64,000 nucleotides of DNA from Gelidibacter sp. (GTDB lineage Bacteria > Bacteroidota > Bacteroidia > Flavobacteriales > Flavobacteriaceae), in assembly GCF_035577925.1 (NCBI RefSeq), contig NZ_DATJCY010000077.1:185-64184 (forward strand), read 5' to 3'. The position numbers and the translations under genes are program-made. The notes under the pieces were generated by a model. The model made no database searches and was not told the DNA's origin. It worked only from the letters and a program-made list of their open reading frames with translations. Each line of letters begins with the position of its first letter. Positions within the stretch are counted from its first letter, which is position 1. Shown here in pieces: positions 29,856 to 40,257 of the stretch.

Positions 29856-31106
29856 ATGCTGCTTTACCTTCGTTTATTTAAAGAAAGTTTTTCATTTGCC
29901 ATCAATGCGCTCACCACTAATAAACTGCGTACATTTTTGTCGCTATTGGGTGTGACCATCGGTATTTTTTCGATTATTGCTGTTTTGGCGGCGGTTGATT
30001 CTTTAGATAGAAATATTCAAGATCAGCTTTCTGGCTTAGATAAGAATACCATCTATTTAACTAAGTTTTCATTTGGTCCAACGTCGGTGCCACGTTGGCA
30101 GCGGGATAATTTTCCACAGACGGAATATGGTGATTTTGAATTTGTAAGACGAAATGTGCCAGATATTGCAGCTTCTGCATATACTATTTTTGGAAATCCA
30201 CAAACGGTGAGATACGGGTCGGAGACTATTTCGGGAGTAGATATAAGTCCGGTGTCCAATGAAATTTATGAAATTGAAAACATCAAAATTGAAAACGGTC
30301 GATTTTATACCGAATCAGAATCAAATAATGGCTCTCCGGTCATTGTTCTTGGACATTCTATTGCCGAGAATTTATTTGGAAACTCCAATCCCATCGGAAA
30401 GCAAATTAGAGTTTACGGTCGTAAGTTGACCGTTATTGGTGTTATAAAAAAAATGGGAGGTGGCTTAGGTGGAGGTCCTGATGATAAAGGTTTTGTTCCT
30501 GCAAATTTTGTCCGACGTTTTCAAACTGGTGGTATTGGTGGTATTCCTGGGGCTATTATTATAAAACCCAAAAAAGGCGTCGATATGGGGGCTTTTGAAA
30601 ATGTTTTAAAACAAAAATATAGAGTTTATAGGGGTTTGAAAGCAGGTGAGCCTGATAATTTTTTTGTAAATAAAATGTCTGGTTTTACGGATGCTATTGA
30701 CGGTATTATTGGGACAATGAACGCTATGGGATGGATTATTAGTGGTTTTTCACTATTAGTTGGAGGATTCGGAATTGCAAATATTATGTTTGTGAGCGTA
30801 AAAGAACGTACAAATCTTATTGGAATACAAAAGTCATTAGGCGCAAAAAACAGATTTATCCTGTTCCAGTTTTTGTTTGAAGCGGTTATTTTAGCAGTCA
30901 TTGGCGGTCTTGTAGGTCTCTTTTTTGTATGGATAGGATCATTGATTGCCTCACAGTTTACTGGCGATTTTGAATTTGTACTTTCTACCGGAAATATGTT
31001 TTTAGGATTTATGCTTTCTACACTTATCGGATTGATTTCAGGGGTAATTCCAGCTATTTCAGCATCAAAATTAGATCCTGTGGAAGCAATCAGAACAGGA
31101 ATGTAG
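29856..31106 (+). CDS. MacB/FtsX-family ABC transporter permease (no adjacent ATPase)
   Basis: NKLRTFLSLLGVTIGI, periplasmic core GRFY, VGGFGIANIMFVSVKERT, ASKLDPVEA. Confidence 0.92.
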   Translation: MLLYLRLFKESFSFAINALTTNKLRTFLSLLGVTIGIFSIIAVLAAVDSLDRNIQDQLSGLDKNTIYLTKFSFGPTSVPRWQRDNFPQTEYGDFEFVRRNVPDIAASAYTIFGNPQTVRYGSETISGVDISPVSNEIYEIENIKIENGRFYTESESNNGSPVIVLGHSIAENLFGNSNPIGKQIRVYGRKLTVIGVIKKMGGGLGGGPDDKGFVPANFVRRFQTGGIGGIPGAIIIKPKKGVDMGAFENVLKQKYRVYRGLKAGEPDNFFVNKMSGFTDAIDGIIGTMNAMGWIISGFSLLVGGFGIANIMFVSVKERTNLIGIQKSLGAKNRFILFQFLFEAVILAVIGGLVGLFFVWIGSLIASQFTGDFEFVLSTGNMFLGFMLSTLIGLISGVIPAISASKLDPVEAIRTGM

Positions 31107-31340
31107 ATTGTAAACTCCTAAATAAATTATCTAAATTTTACACGAATTTTTAAAAAAGAATCTGTGTGTTTGAGTTAAAACTCCTCTGTGTCCTATGACA
31201 ATAGAACACTGATGACGCTGATTAGGCGGATTTTCATTGATTTTTTAGACAAGAATCGCACTAATTTTGCGGATTTCAAAAAAAACATTGAGTTTAAGTG
31301 AAAGCACTAATACACAAGTGTTTCTAGAGCTTATTTGTGA

Positions 31341-31358
31341 TCCCGATAGCTATCGGGA
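31341..31358. repeat. Perfect 18-bp palindrome TCCCGATAGCTATCGGGA (Flavobacteriaceae-type extragenic repeat)
   Basis: Perfect self-complementary sequence in a 390-bp intergenic region. Confidence 0.75.
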
Positions 31359-31494
31359 GTGGCCTTTAAAATATACGTCCTGCGAGCATTATTTCATTGA
31401 GGTGCACTGAGGGAATACGAAGTGTTTTTTACTTCTCCCTAGTTGTTTAGATCGATTTCAATTTCGACTTCAACTTCAATTTCTCAGAGTTACC

Positions 31495-31950
31495 CTAAAG
31501 TATTGAAGCCACTCTAGCGCAAACAAACTCCAAAAAGCGTTCATCCTTTTCAGTAAACGGATCAATCGTATTAGAATCAATATCAATTTGCCCAATATTT
31601 TTGCCATTTACAAAAATCGGAATCACAATTTCTGATTTTACCGTAATACTGCACGCTATATAATTATCTTGTGCAGACACATCCGGAACGACAAAGTTTT
31701 TATTGCTAACCGCCACTTGTCCACAAATCCCTTTTCCAAAAGGAATAATCGTATGATCGGTAGGTGCGCCAACATAAGGGCCTAATTTTAATTCGTTTTT
31801 ATCGCCGTTTTTAAAGTAAAACCCAACCCAATTATAATAATCAACATGCGATTCCAACACCTCACATACCGCAAGCAAACGCTCATCGACAGAACGTTCT
31901 TGATCTGAAATTATAGAATTGATGAGAGGTTTAAGTTTTTCTAATGCCAT
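31495..31950 (-). CDS. msrC: Stand-alone GAF protein, free methionine-R-sulfoxide reductase-like
   Basis: WVGFY, LGPYVG, FGKGICGQVA, YIACS, SEIVIP and GQIDIDS motifs. Confidence 0.8.
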   Translation of the reverse strand: MALEKLKPLINSIISDQERSVDERLLAVCEVLESHVDYYNWVGFYFKNGDKNELKLGPYVGAPTDHTIIPFGKGICGQVAVSNKNFVVPDVSAQDNYIACSITVKSEIVIPIFVNGKNIGQIDIDSNTIDPFTEKDERFLEFVCARVASIL

Positions 31951-32040
31951 TGTTTAAAAGTTTTGGTAAAAGTATTCAAAAACTACCGCTTCAATTCTGC
32001 TTTTTGTATATTTTTAACAGCATATATAAAAACACTTTTT

Positions 32041-32592
32041 TTGAAGAATCTTTTCATAAAATATAAATCGGTTATTAAGTTTATTGGGACTTTTTTATTG
32101 GTTTATGCTACATTGAGTTTTATCTACAAATTGTATTTGGATTTTTCCGATGGTTCAACCTATTATCCCGATTATTTTACCAATTTGGTTTCAAAACAAA
32201 CCAATGCCTTTTTGCATACTTTGGGTTATGATTCGCAAATAGTGAATCATCCAGATGAACCTTCAATGAAACTTATAATCAATGGCCAATTTGTTTTACG
32301 ATTAATTGAAGGTTGTAATTCCATAAGTGTTGTCATTTTATTTGGGTCATTTGTAACTGCGTTTGCCGATAGATTCAAACCTACTTTTTTGTATGTTTTG
32401 GCAGGCAGTGTGCTTATTTACATCGTTAATTTAGTGCGACTTGTGATTTTATCATTAGGATTATATCATTATCCGTCGCGACAAGAGGTAATGCATAGCG
32501 TTATTTTTCCATTGATTATCTATGGAATGGTTTTTTTGCTTTGGATATTTTGGATCAAGAGGCTTTCAAATTTAAACCGAACCAATGCGTAG
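32041..32592 (+). CDS. xrtF: Exosortase family protein XrtF
   Basis: IEGCNS (Cys), NLVR (Arg), MHSVIFPLIIYG (His) triad; YYPDYFTNLV motif. Start TTG 32041 preferred over 31963. Confidence 0.9.
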   Translation: MKNLFIKYKSVIKFIGTFLLVYATLSFIYKLYLDFSDGSTYYPDYFTNLVSKQTNAFLHTLGYDSQIVNHPDEPSMKLIINGQFVLRLIEGCNSISVVILFGSFVTAFADRFKPTFLYVLAGSVLIYIVNLVRLVILSLGLYHYPSRQEVMHSVIFPLIIYGMVFLLWIFWIKRLSNLNRTNA

Positions 32593-33022
32593 TATTACTA
32601 AGCTGATAGCGCTTTTAGTACTTTTCGGGTTATTGGTGCTGATACGCGCTTTTGAAAACCAATTATTCTATGATCCTTACCTCAATTTTTTCAAAAATGA
32701 CTATTTGTATATCGATAATCCCCGCCGTGAAGTTTTTAAAGTGACACTTTTTACTGCATTGAGATATTTTCTGAATTCTATAATCTCATTGGGCATTATT
32801 TTTATTTTATTTAAAGATAGAAGTATGATTAAGTTTTCGGCACTTATTTATGTCTTGTCTTTTTTTGTATTATTGACGTTTTTTCTATATTTCGTAATCA
32901 ATCCAAAACAAGAAGATTATTACATTTTCTTTAATATTAGACGTTTTTTGATCCAACCTATTTTGTTATTGCTTTTATTGCCAGCTTTTTATTATGATCA
33001 ATTAAAATTCAAAAAACACTGA
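32585..33022 (+). CDS. Exosortase F system-associated membrane protein
   Basis: IRAFENQLFYDP, RYFLNSIISL, RRFLIQP; overlaps the xrtF stop. Confidence 0.88.
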   Translation: MRSITKLIALLVLFGLLVLIRAFENQLFYDPYLNFFKNDYLYIDNPRREVFKVTLFTALRYFLNSIISLGIIFILFKDRSMIKFSALIYVLSFFVLLTFFLYFVINPKQEDYYIFFNIRRFLIQPILLLLLLPAFYYDQLKFKKH

Positions 33023-33057
33023 TTTTTTATGGTAAGTTGGGATAAAATGTTTTTTTG

Positions 33058-33065
33058 TAATTTTG
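33058..33065 (+). promoter_or_regulatory. sigmaA -7 element TAATTTTG (HYC_CC_PP operon)
   Basis: Consensus match ending 7 bp before ATG 33072. Confidence 0.55.
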
Positions 33066-33071
33066 CATCGA

Positions 33072-33479
33072 ATGAATCAAAAAGGCGTCCATAAAATCCT
33101 TTCCTTGGCAATGGCAATTTTACTGCTCTTGTCCACCAATTCATTTATTTTGGAGAAGCATTTTTGTGGTGATGTTTTGATCGATACATCAATTTTTTCC
33201 AAGGCAAATTCCTGTGATGTTGATGAAACGTCCAAAGCCGCTTTAGAAAAAAAATCATGTTGCGAAAACGAACTTGAGATTGTCAAAGGTCAGGACAAGC
33301 TAAAAAAGGCATCTTCCGAAGATTTGCAAATTGACCAACATTTTTTAATAACTACTTTTATATTTTCCTATATTAATCTTTTTGAAGGATTACCTGAACA
33401 GGTTATTCCTCATAAAGATTATTCTCCACCTACTTTGGTCACCGATATACAGGTTTTGAACCAAGTATTCACCATTTGA
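33072..33479 (+). CDS. HYC_CC_PP family protein
   Basis: N-terminal hydrophobic helix, KHFCGD, KSCCE, C-terminal DYSPP...QVFTI; upstream of a TonB receptor. Confidence 0.85.
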   Translation: MNQKGVHKILSLAMAILLLLSTNSFILEKHFCGDVLIDTSIFSKANSCDVDETSKAALEKKSCCENELEIVKGQDKLKKASSEDLQIDQHFLITTFIFSYINLFEGLPEQVIPHKDYSPPTLVTDIQVLNQVFTI

Positions 33480-33759
33480 TTCTTTAATTCAAAAAAATGT
33501 AGTGGCGCAGTGGCGTTAATTACATTAATAATTGAACCATCAAATAGTTTACAAGAAAATCTTAGAATACAGCAAAAAGTTTCGAACAAATTAATTTAGA
33601 GAAGAACGAAAAGTTTCGATTTTTCACGGATTTATTGAAATTATAATCAAAAGTGTTATTAAAAAACATTTCAAAAATCCTTGATAGATATATTTTTTTA
33701 AAGTGTATTTATTTGCTCGTAAATCTCTTAAGTTTTTAAATATCAATAGAAATTAATAA

Positions 33760-36012
33760 ATGAAAAATATACTTTACAGCTTCATGTTCCTGCCGATATT
33801 TATTTTTTCACAAGAAAAAATAGAAGGAATCATTGTTGAAATAACCGAACAAAAACAAACTTTGCCACTTCCGGGTGCCAATGTATATTGGCTGGATTCC
33901 ACTATTGGTGCAACAACCGATATTGATGGGAAATTCAGTATTCCCTATCAAAAGGAATTTACAAAACTGGTGATTAGTTACGTGGGTTATAAAACAGATA
34001 CCTTAACGGTTATTTCTCCAAAATATATCAAACATTCCTTAAGACCAACCAGTGAGTTGGACGAAATTACCGTTACTTCAAGAAAACAAGCCACTTCAAA
34101 ATCGTATATGCAATCGGCCAATGTGACGTTTATAAGTAGTGACGAATTATTGAAAGCCGCCTGTTGCAATTTGTCCGAAAGTTTTGAAACCAATCCTTCA
34201 ATCGATGTTAATTTTGCAGATGCCGTGACAGGCACACGCCAGATAAAAATGTTGGGATTGACCAGTCCGTATATCTTGATTACTGCTGAAAATATCCCTA
34301 CTATTCGTGGTGCTTCGCAAGCTTACGGACTGAGTTTTACGCCAGGAACTTGGGTAGAAAGTATCCAAATTACCAAAGGTGCCGGAAGTGTGGTCAATGG
34401 TTTTGAAAGTATTGCCGGACAAATTAATACAGAACTCGTGAAACCTACGACAGACAACAGGTTTTTTGTTAATCTTTATGGTGGAAATAATGAACGGTTT
34501 GAAGCCAATGTGCATTTAAACACCAAAGTCAGTGAAAAATGGAGTACAGGATTGTATCTTCATGGTAATACACAGAACAAAAAGCACGATGTTAATGACG
34601 ACGGATTTATGGATATGCCTATTTATGATCAAATAAATTTCATGAACCGCTGGCAATATACCAATCCAGAAAAAGGTTTTGTAAGTTTTATCAATTTCAG
34701 CTATTTGGACGATTCAAAACAAACAGGACAGCTCAATTTTAATCCCGATACGGATAAGTTGACCACCAATGCTTGGGGTAGTGAAATTGATACCAAAAGA
34801 GTTGATGTTTCGGTTAAAACAGGATACGTAAATCCTAATATCCCTTGGCAAAGTATTGGCATTCAAACCGCATTTATCAGTCATAAACAAAACTCCTATT
34901 TTGGATTGAATCTTTATGATATTTTGCATAACAGTTTATATGTTAATGGTATTTATAACACGATTATAAGTGATTCACGACATAAAATCAAAACAGGAAT
35001 TAGCTATACTTATGATCATTATGATGAGTTGGTACTTATTGAAGATTTTGAACGAACCGAGAATTCAATAGGAGCCTTCATGGAATATAATTTTGATAAT
35101 TTGGAAAACCTGAATTTAACGGCAGGTGTTCGTATTGACCATCATAATGTGTTGGGGACTTTTGTGACACCTCGGTTTCATGCGCGTTATACACCTTGGG
35201 AAAAATCTGCTTTTAGGATTTCTTTTGGGCGAGGAAAACGAAGCGCGAATATTTTTGCCGAAAATCAAAATATTTTTGCGACCTCAAGAACTTTGTTAAT
35301 TGATGGTGGTATGCCTTTGGGTAGCTTAAAAGGTGCTTATGGTCTGGACCCTGAAATAGCATGGAATTATGGTATTTCATTTTTACAAGGTTTTAATCTT
35401 TTTGGAAATAAGGGCGACGTGACCTTTGATTATTATAGAACGGATTTCCAAAATCAGATTGTGGTTGATTTTGAAAATCCACGACAGTTAAATTTTTATA
35501 ATCTTGATGGCGATAGTTATGCCAATAGTTTTCAGATAGAATTTAATTATAATGTTTTTCAAGGTTTTGATTTAAGAACGGCGTATAAGTTTTCTGATAT
35601 CAAAACTCAATATAATTCAGGAAAGTTGGAAAAACCATTAACAGCTAAGCATCGTTTATTTGCAAATTTGGCTTATGAAACAAAGATGAAAGATAATCTT
35701 GCACACTGGCGATTTGATGTTACTTATAATTGGTTGGGCAAGCAAAGATTTACATCAACAGCATCAAATCCTAGTGCATACCAATTGCCAGAATATACGC
35801 CAACTGTAGGTACGTTGAATGCTCAGATTACCAAAGTGTTTTCTGAGAAATTTGAAATATATTTAGGTGGAGAAAACATGACCAATGTGAGGCAAAATAA
35901 TCCAATTTTAGGTGCAGACGATCCATTTGGAGCCAATTTTGATACGACATTTGTGTACGGACCAATTTTTGGAAGTATGTATTATGCAGGACTCAGATTT
36001 AAAATAAAATAG
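33760..36012 (+). CDS. TonB-dependent receptor with CC-containing plug
   Basis: Signal peptide, carboxypeptidase-regulatory-like domain (LPGANVYW...TDIDGKFSI), plug LLKAACCNLSESFETN, C-terminal YAGLRFKIK. Confidence 0.93.
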   Translation: MKNILYSFMFLPIFIFSQEKIEGIIVEITEQKQTLPLPGANVYWLDSTIGATTDIDGKFSIPYQKEFTKLVISYVGYKTDTLTVISPKYIKHSLRPTSELDEITVTSRKQATSKSYMQSANVTFISSDELLKAACCNLSESFETNPSIDVNFADAVTGTRQIKMLGLTSPYILITAENIPTIRGASQAYGLSFTPGTWVESIQITKGAGSVVNGFESIAGQINTELVKPTTDNRFFVNLYGGNNERFEANVHLNTKVSEKWSTGLYLHGNTQNKKHDVNDDGFMDMPIYDQINFMNRWQYTNPEKGFVSFINFSYLDDSKQTGQLNFNPDTDKLTTNAWGSEIDTKRVDVSVKTGYVNPNIPWQSIGIQTAFISHKQNSYFGLNLYDILHNSLYVNGIYNTIISDSRHKIKTGISYTYDHYDELVLIEDFERTENSIGAFMEYNFDNLENLNLTAGVRIDHHNVLGTFVTPRFHARYTPWEKSAFRISFGRGKRSANIFAENQNIFATSRTLLIDGGMPLGSLKGAYGLDPEIAWNYGISFLQGFNLFGNKGDVTFDYYRTDFQNQIVVDFENPRQLNFYNLDGDSYANSFQIEFNYNVFQGFDLRTAYKFSDIKTQYNSGKLEKPLTAKHRLFANLAYETKMKDNLAHWRFDVTYNWLGKQRFTSTASNPSAYQLPEYTPTVGTLNAQITKVFSEKFEIYLGGENMTNVRQNNPILGADDPFGANFDTTFVYGPIFGSMYYAGLRFKIK

Positions 36013-36017
36013 CTTAA

Positions 36018-36038
36018 TTTCTGCGAAGGAGGAAATCT
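36018..36038. repeat. Degenerate copy of the TTCCYGCGAAGGCAGGAAT repeat
   Basis: tttctgcgaagg-aggaaatct, just after the receptor stop codon. Confidence 0.5.
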
Positions 36039-36177
36039 AATTAACAAGAACACAATAGTACCCGCCAGAAACACGCTAATATTTTTTACAATACATTAGT
36101 GTATTCGTGGCAAAAAAACAAAAACTATCAATTACTAACAGATTCCTTCCTTTGAAGGAATGAAAAAGCAAAGCATC

Positions 36178-36540
36178 ATGAAAAAATTAATTTTTGTATT
36201 AACATTATTACTTGGAACCGTAACTTTTGCACAGAATAAAAATGCCAAAGCTACGATAGAAGTGGACGGCGTGTGCAATATGTGCAAGGAGCGTATTGAA
36301 AAAGCGGCCATAAAAGCCAAAGGTGTCAAAATTGCCAATTGGGACGTCAATACCCATGAGTTACAATTGATTTTTGACGAACGTAAAACCAGTTTGAAAG
36401 CCATCCAACAAAGTATAGCCCAAGCTGGTCACGACACCAAAGAAATTAGGGCTACTGATGAGGCATACTTGAGTTTGCATACCTGTTGTCTATACAGAGA
36501 TGATGCGGTGAGAGAAGATCATAAAGACAATAAGCAATAA
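36178..36540 (+). CDS. Secreted heavy-metal-associated (HMA) domain protein
   Basis: Signal peptide MKKLIFVLTLLLGTVTFA; GVCNMCKERIE (CxxC); C-terminal LHTCCLYR. Start 36178 preferred over 36160. Confidence 0.9.
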   Translation: MKKLIFVLTLLLGTVTFAQNKNAKATIEVDGVCNMCKERIEKAAIKAKGVKIANWDVNTHELQLIFDERKTSLKAIQQSIAQAGHDTKEIRATDEAYLSLHTCCLYRDDAVREDHKDNKQ

Positions 36541-36585
36541 TTGATTTTTCACAACATCCTTATGTTTTTAGAGGTTGAAACCTAT

Positions 36586-36625
36586 AAAAGAGCCGGATAG
36601 TTTTGGTGTCCGGCTTTTATTTTTT
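36586..36625. terminator. Bidirectional intrinsic terminator between HMA gene and chaN-like gene
   Basis: aaaagagccgga-tagttttggtg-tccggcttttattttt. Confidence 0.75.
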
Positions 36626-36640
36626 GTAAGATTTTTTAAA

Positions 36641-37525
36641 TTATCCTTTTGTCATCGTCATGCTGTCCGCCACTACAATAATGTAGTTAGCTATCTCGGA
36701 TTTGTCTTCTTTACTCATCTCATCCCATTCCGATTGCATAAGTGTAGTAATGGATTTGATTTTCAATCCAGGTTGTATTTTGTTAATCCACCAAATAATG
36801 CCTTGGTTGTAGTTAGAGTGGTAAGAGCCTTCAAAATGAAATAGAAAATCTCCAGGATTAAAATTTTTAAGAGAAAAATGCGCCATGGTAGCATCTTTTG
36901 AAGCCTGTGAAAGTTGGATGTTTAACATATTATCAGGAATGTGGCCACCCATTTTATCGGCCATTTCAGCATAAGCTTTAACAGTTGGGTCGAATAGGGC
37001 TTCTAAATCTGGTCCAATCATGGCAAGGGCTTCCGGACTTAATTCTTTTAAAGCATCCATTCCTTTTTTATACAACATTGAAGCATAGCGTCGGGGAATA
37101 TTAGTAGCAATAAAACGTAAGTTGTGGTCTTTGGCAAAATTGAGCAACGGTTTGTAATCGGTTTTGTAATTGCTCCATAATTGCGTGATTTCAGGAAGCA
37201 TTTTATCTTCAGGATAAAAGTCGTTCAGATATTCGTCCAAAACCAATTGGTTACCGTTTTCAAACATTTCAGCACCAAAAAACAGTTTTTCTCCTTTAAT
37301 ATCAAAAAAACTTTTGCTCATTTCCAATTGAAGCCAATGCGAAATAGGATTATTATGATATTCACCAAAAAACACCATGTCGCTGTCGGCCAAATCCTTG
37401 ATCATCTTTTCATAATCTGCGACTTTTCCATTGTTTTTAAAAAGTTGGTAAGCAGGTTTACTTTGGGAAGTTGCTACCGTTGTAAAAGCTAAAATAACGA
37501 ATGCGATAAGTACTAATTGTTTCAT
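36641..37525 (-). CDS. ChaN-family (EreA-like/Tiki fold) iron-regulated protein
   Basis: Signal peptide; VFFGEYHNNPISHWLQ, GAEMFE, ATNIPRRYA, KDATMA, GSYHS. Confidence 0.8.
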   Translation of the reverse strand: MKQLVLIAFVILAFTTVATSQSKPAYQLFKNNGKVADYEKMIKDLADSDMVFFGEYHNNPISHWLQLEMSKSFFDIKGEKLFFGAEMFENGNQLVLDEYLNDFYPEDKMLPEITQLWSNYKTDYKPLLNFAKDHNLRFIATNIPRRYASMLYKKGMDALKELSPEALAMIGPDLEALFDPTVKAYAEMADKMGGHIPDNMLNIQLSQASKDATMAHFSLKNFNPGDFLFHFEGSYHSNYNQGIIWWINKIQPGLKIKSITTLMQSEWDEMSKEDKSEIANYIIVVADSMTMTKG

Positions 37526-37630
37526 GATATTTAAATGTTTTTAGGTTTATTTCTGAATCGAAGTTTTGATTTTTTCAATTAAATAAATTTAGTACAATCT
37601 ACAATAAAAAGGTATAATTTTCATGAAATG

Positions 37631-37661
37631 AAAAACGCCTCAATTTTTGTTGAGGCGTTTT
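37631..37661 (-). terminator. Intrinsic terminator after groEL
   Basis: aaaaacgcctcaa-ttttt-gttgaggcgtttt. Confidence 0.85.
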
Positions 37662-37703
37662 ACTAATTTTAAAAGTTTCCTTTTAAGGGCTTTTAGTTGA
37701 TTT

Positions 37704-39374
<1,671 letters not shown>

Positions 39375-39452
39375 TTGAATTTGTTTATTGTTTGTTTTTG
39401 AAATTTTCTCCAGATAGTTATAGTTATCTAGATTGAGGAAATAATTTTATTT

Positions 39453-39728
39453 CTAGACGATTGCCAAGATGTCGCTTTCGCGCATGATGAGGTAGTCTTT
39501 GCCTTGAAGTTTTAGTTCTGTTCCGGCATATTTTCCGTAAAGAACAGTTTCACCAACTTTTACGGTCATTGGATTTTTTTTGGTACCTGCACCAACGGCA
39601 ACAATTTTTCCTTTTTGAGGTTTTTCCTTAGCGTTGTCTGGAATGATAATTCCTGATGCTGTTTTTGTTTCTGCCTCTACAGGTTCAATAAGAACTCTGT
39701 CTGCCAATGGCTTAATGTTTAATCCCAT
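39453..39728 (-). CDS. groS: Co-chaperonin GroES
   Basis: [37 protein letters not shown]. Confidence 0.99.
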   Translation of the reverse strand: MGLNIKPLADRVLIEPVEAETKTASGIIIPDNAKEKPQKGKIVAVGAGTKKNPMTVKVGETVLYGKYAGTELKLQGKDYLIMRESDILAIV

Positions 39729-39798
39729 AGTTGTATTGTTTGTTTAATTCACGCAATGCGTGATAGGTTAATTATTTTAATTTATTCGGATACAAGAT

Positions 39799-39814
39799 TG
39801 CGAAAAATGTGCCA
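39799..39814 (-). promoter_or_regulatory. Putative sigma54 (-24/-12) promoter of groESL
   Basis: Minus strand TGGCACATTTTTCGCA = GG-N10-GC with TGGCAC core, about 70 bp upstream of groES and just past the secG terminator. Confidence 0.65.
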
Positions 39815-39844
39815 TGAGCACTGAACTGACAAAGTTTCAGTAAT

Positions 39845-39876
39845 AAAAAAGTGCCAACAAAATTGTTGGCACTTTT
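39845..39876 (-). terminator. Intrinsic terminator after secG
   Basis: aaaaaagtgccaac-aaaatt-gttggcactttt. Confidence 0.85.
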
Positions 39877-39903
39877 GATATTTTTTAGATCTATTATTCC
39901 TTA

Positions 39904-40254
39904 TTATTCGTTTGGAGTTTCAGCAGGTGTTACCGGCTCGGTCGTAACTGGTTTAACGGGTGCAGGCATAGTGCTTGTTGCACCAGGATCCAATGCTTTT
40001 GATTCTGAAGTACCAGTTGCACCGTCAATAGCAATGTTTGATACCAATATCAATACCAATAATATTGTTGCTAGAACCCAAGTACTCTTATCTAAAAAGT
40101 CGGTTGTTTTCTTAACACCACCCAATTGTTGGGTTCCGCCGCCTCCAAATGAAGAAGATAAACCTCCACCTTTTGGGTTTTGAACCATGACGACTACCAC
40201 CAATAAAAATGAAACAATGATGATAAGGACTAGAAATATTGTAAACGTACTCAT
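39904..40254 (-). CDS. secG: Preprotein translocase subunit SecG
   Basis: VMVQNPKGGGLSSSFGG...FLDKSTW; two TMs. Confidence 0.95.
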   Translation of the reverse strand: MSTFTIFLVLIIIVSFLLVVVVMVQNPKGGGLSSSFGGGGTQQLGGVKKTTDFLDKSTWVLATILLVLILVSNIAIDGATGTSESKALDPGATSTMPAPVKPVTTEPVTPAETPNE

Positions 40255-40257
40255 GTG

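Noticed and set aside
39729-39845. CIRCE/HrcA or sigma32 control of groESL
   Set aside because: No TTAGCACTC-N9-GAGTGCTAA or sigma32-like hexamers were seen.
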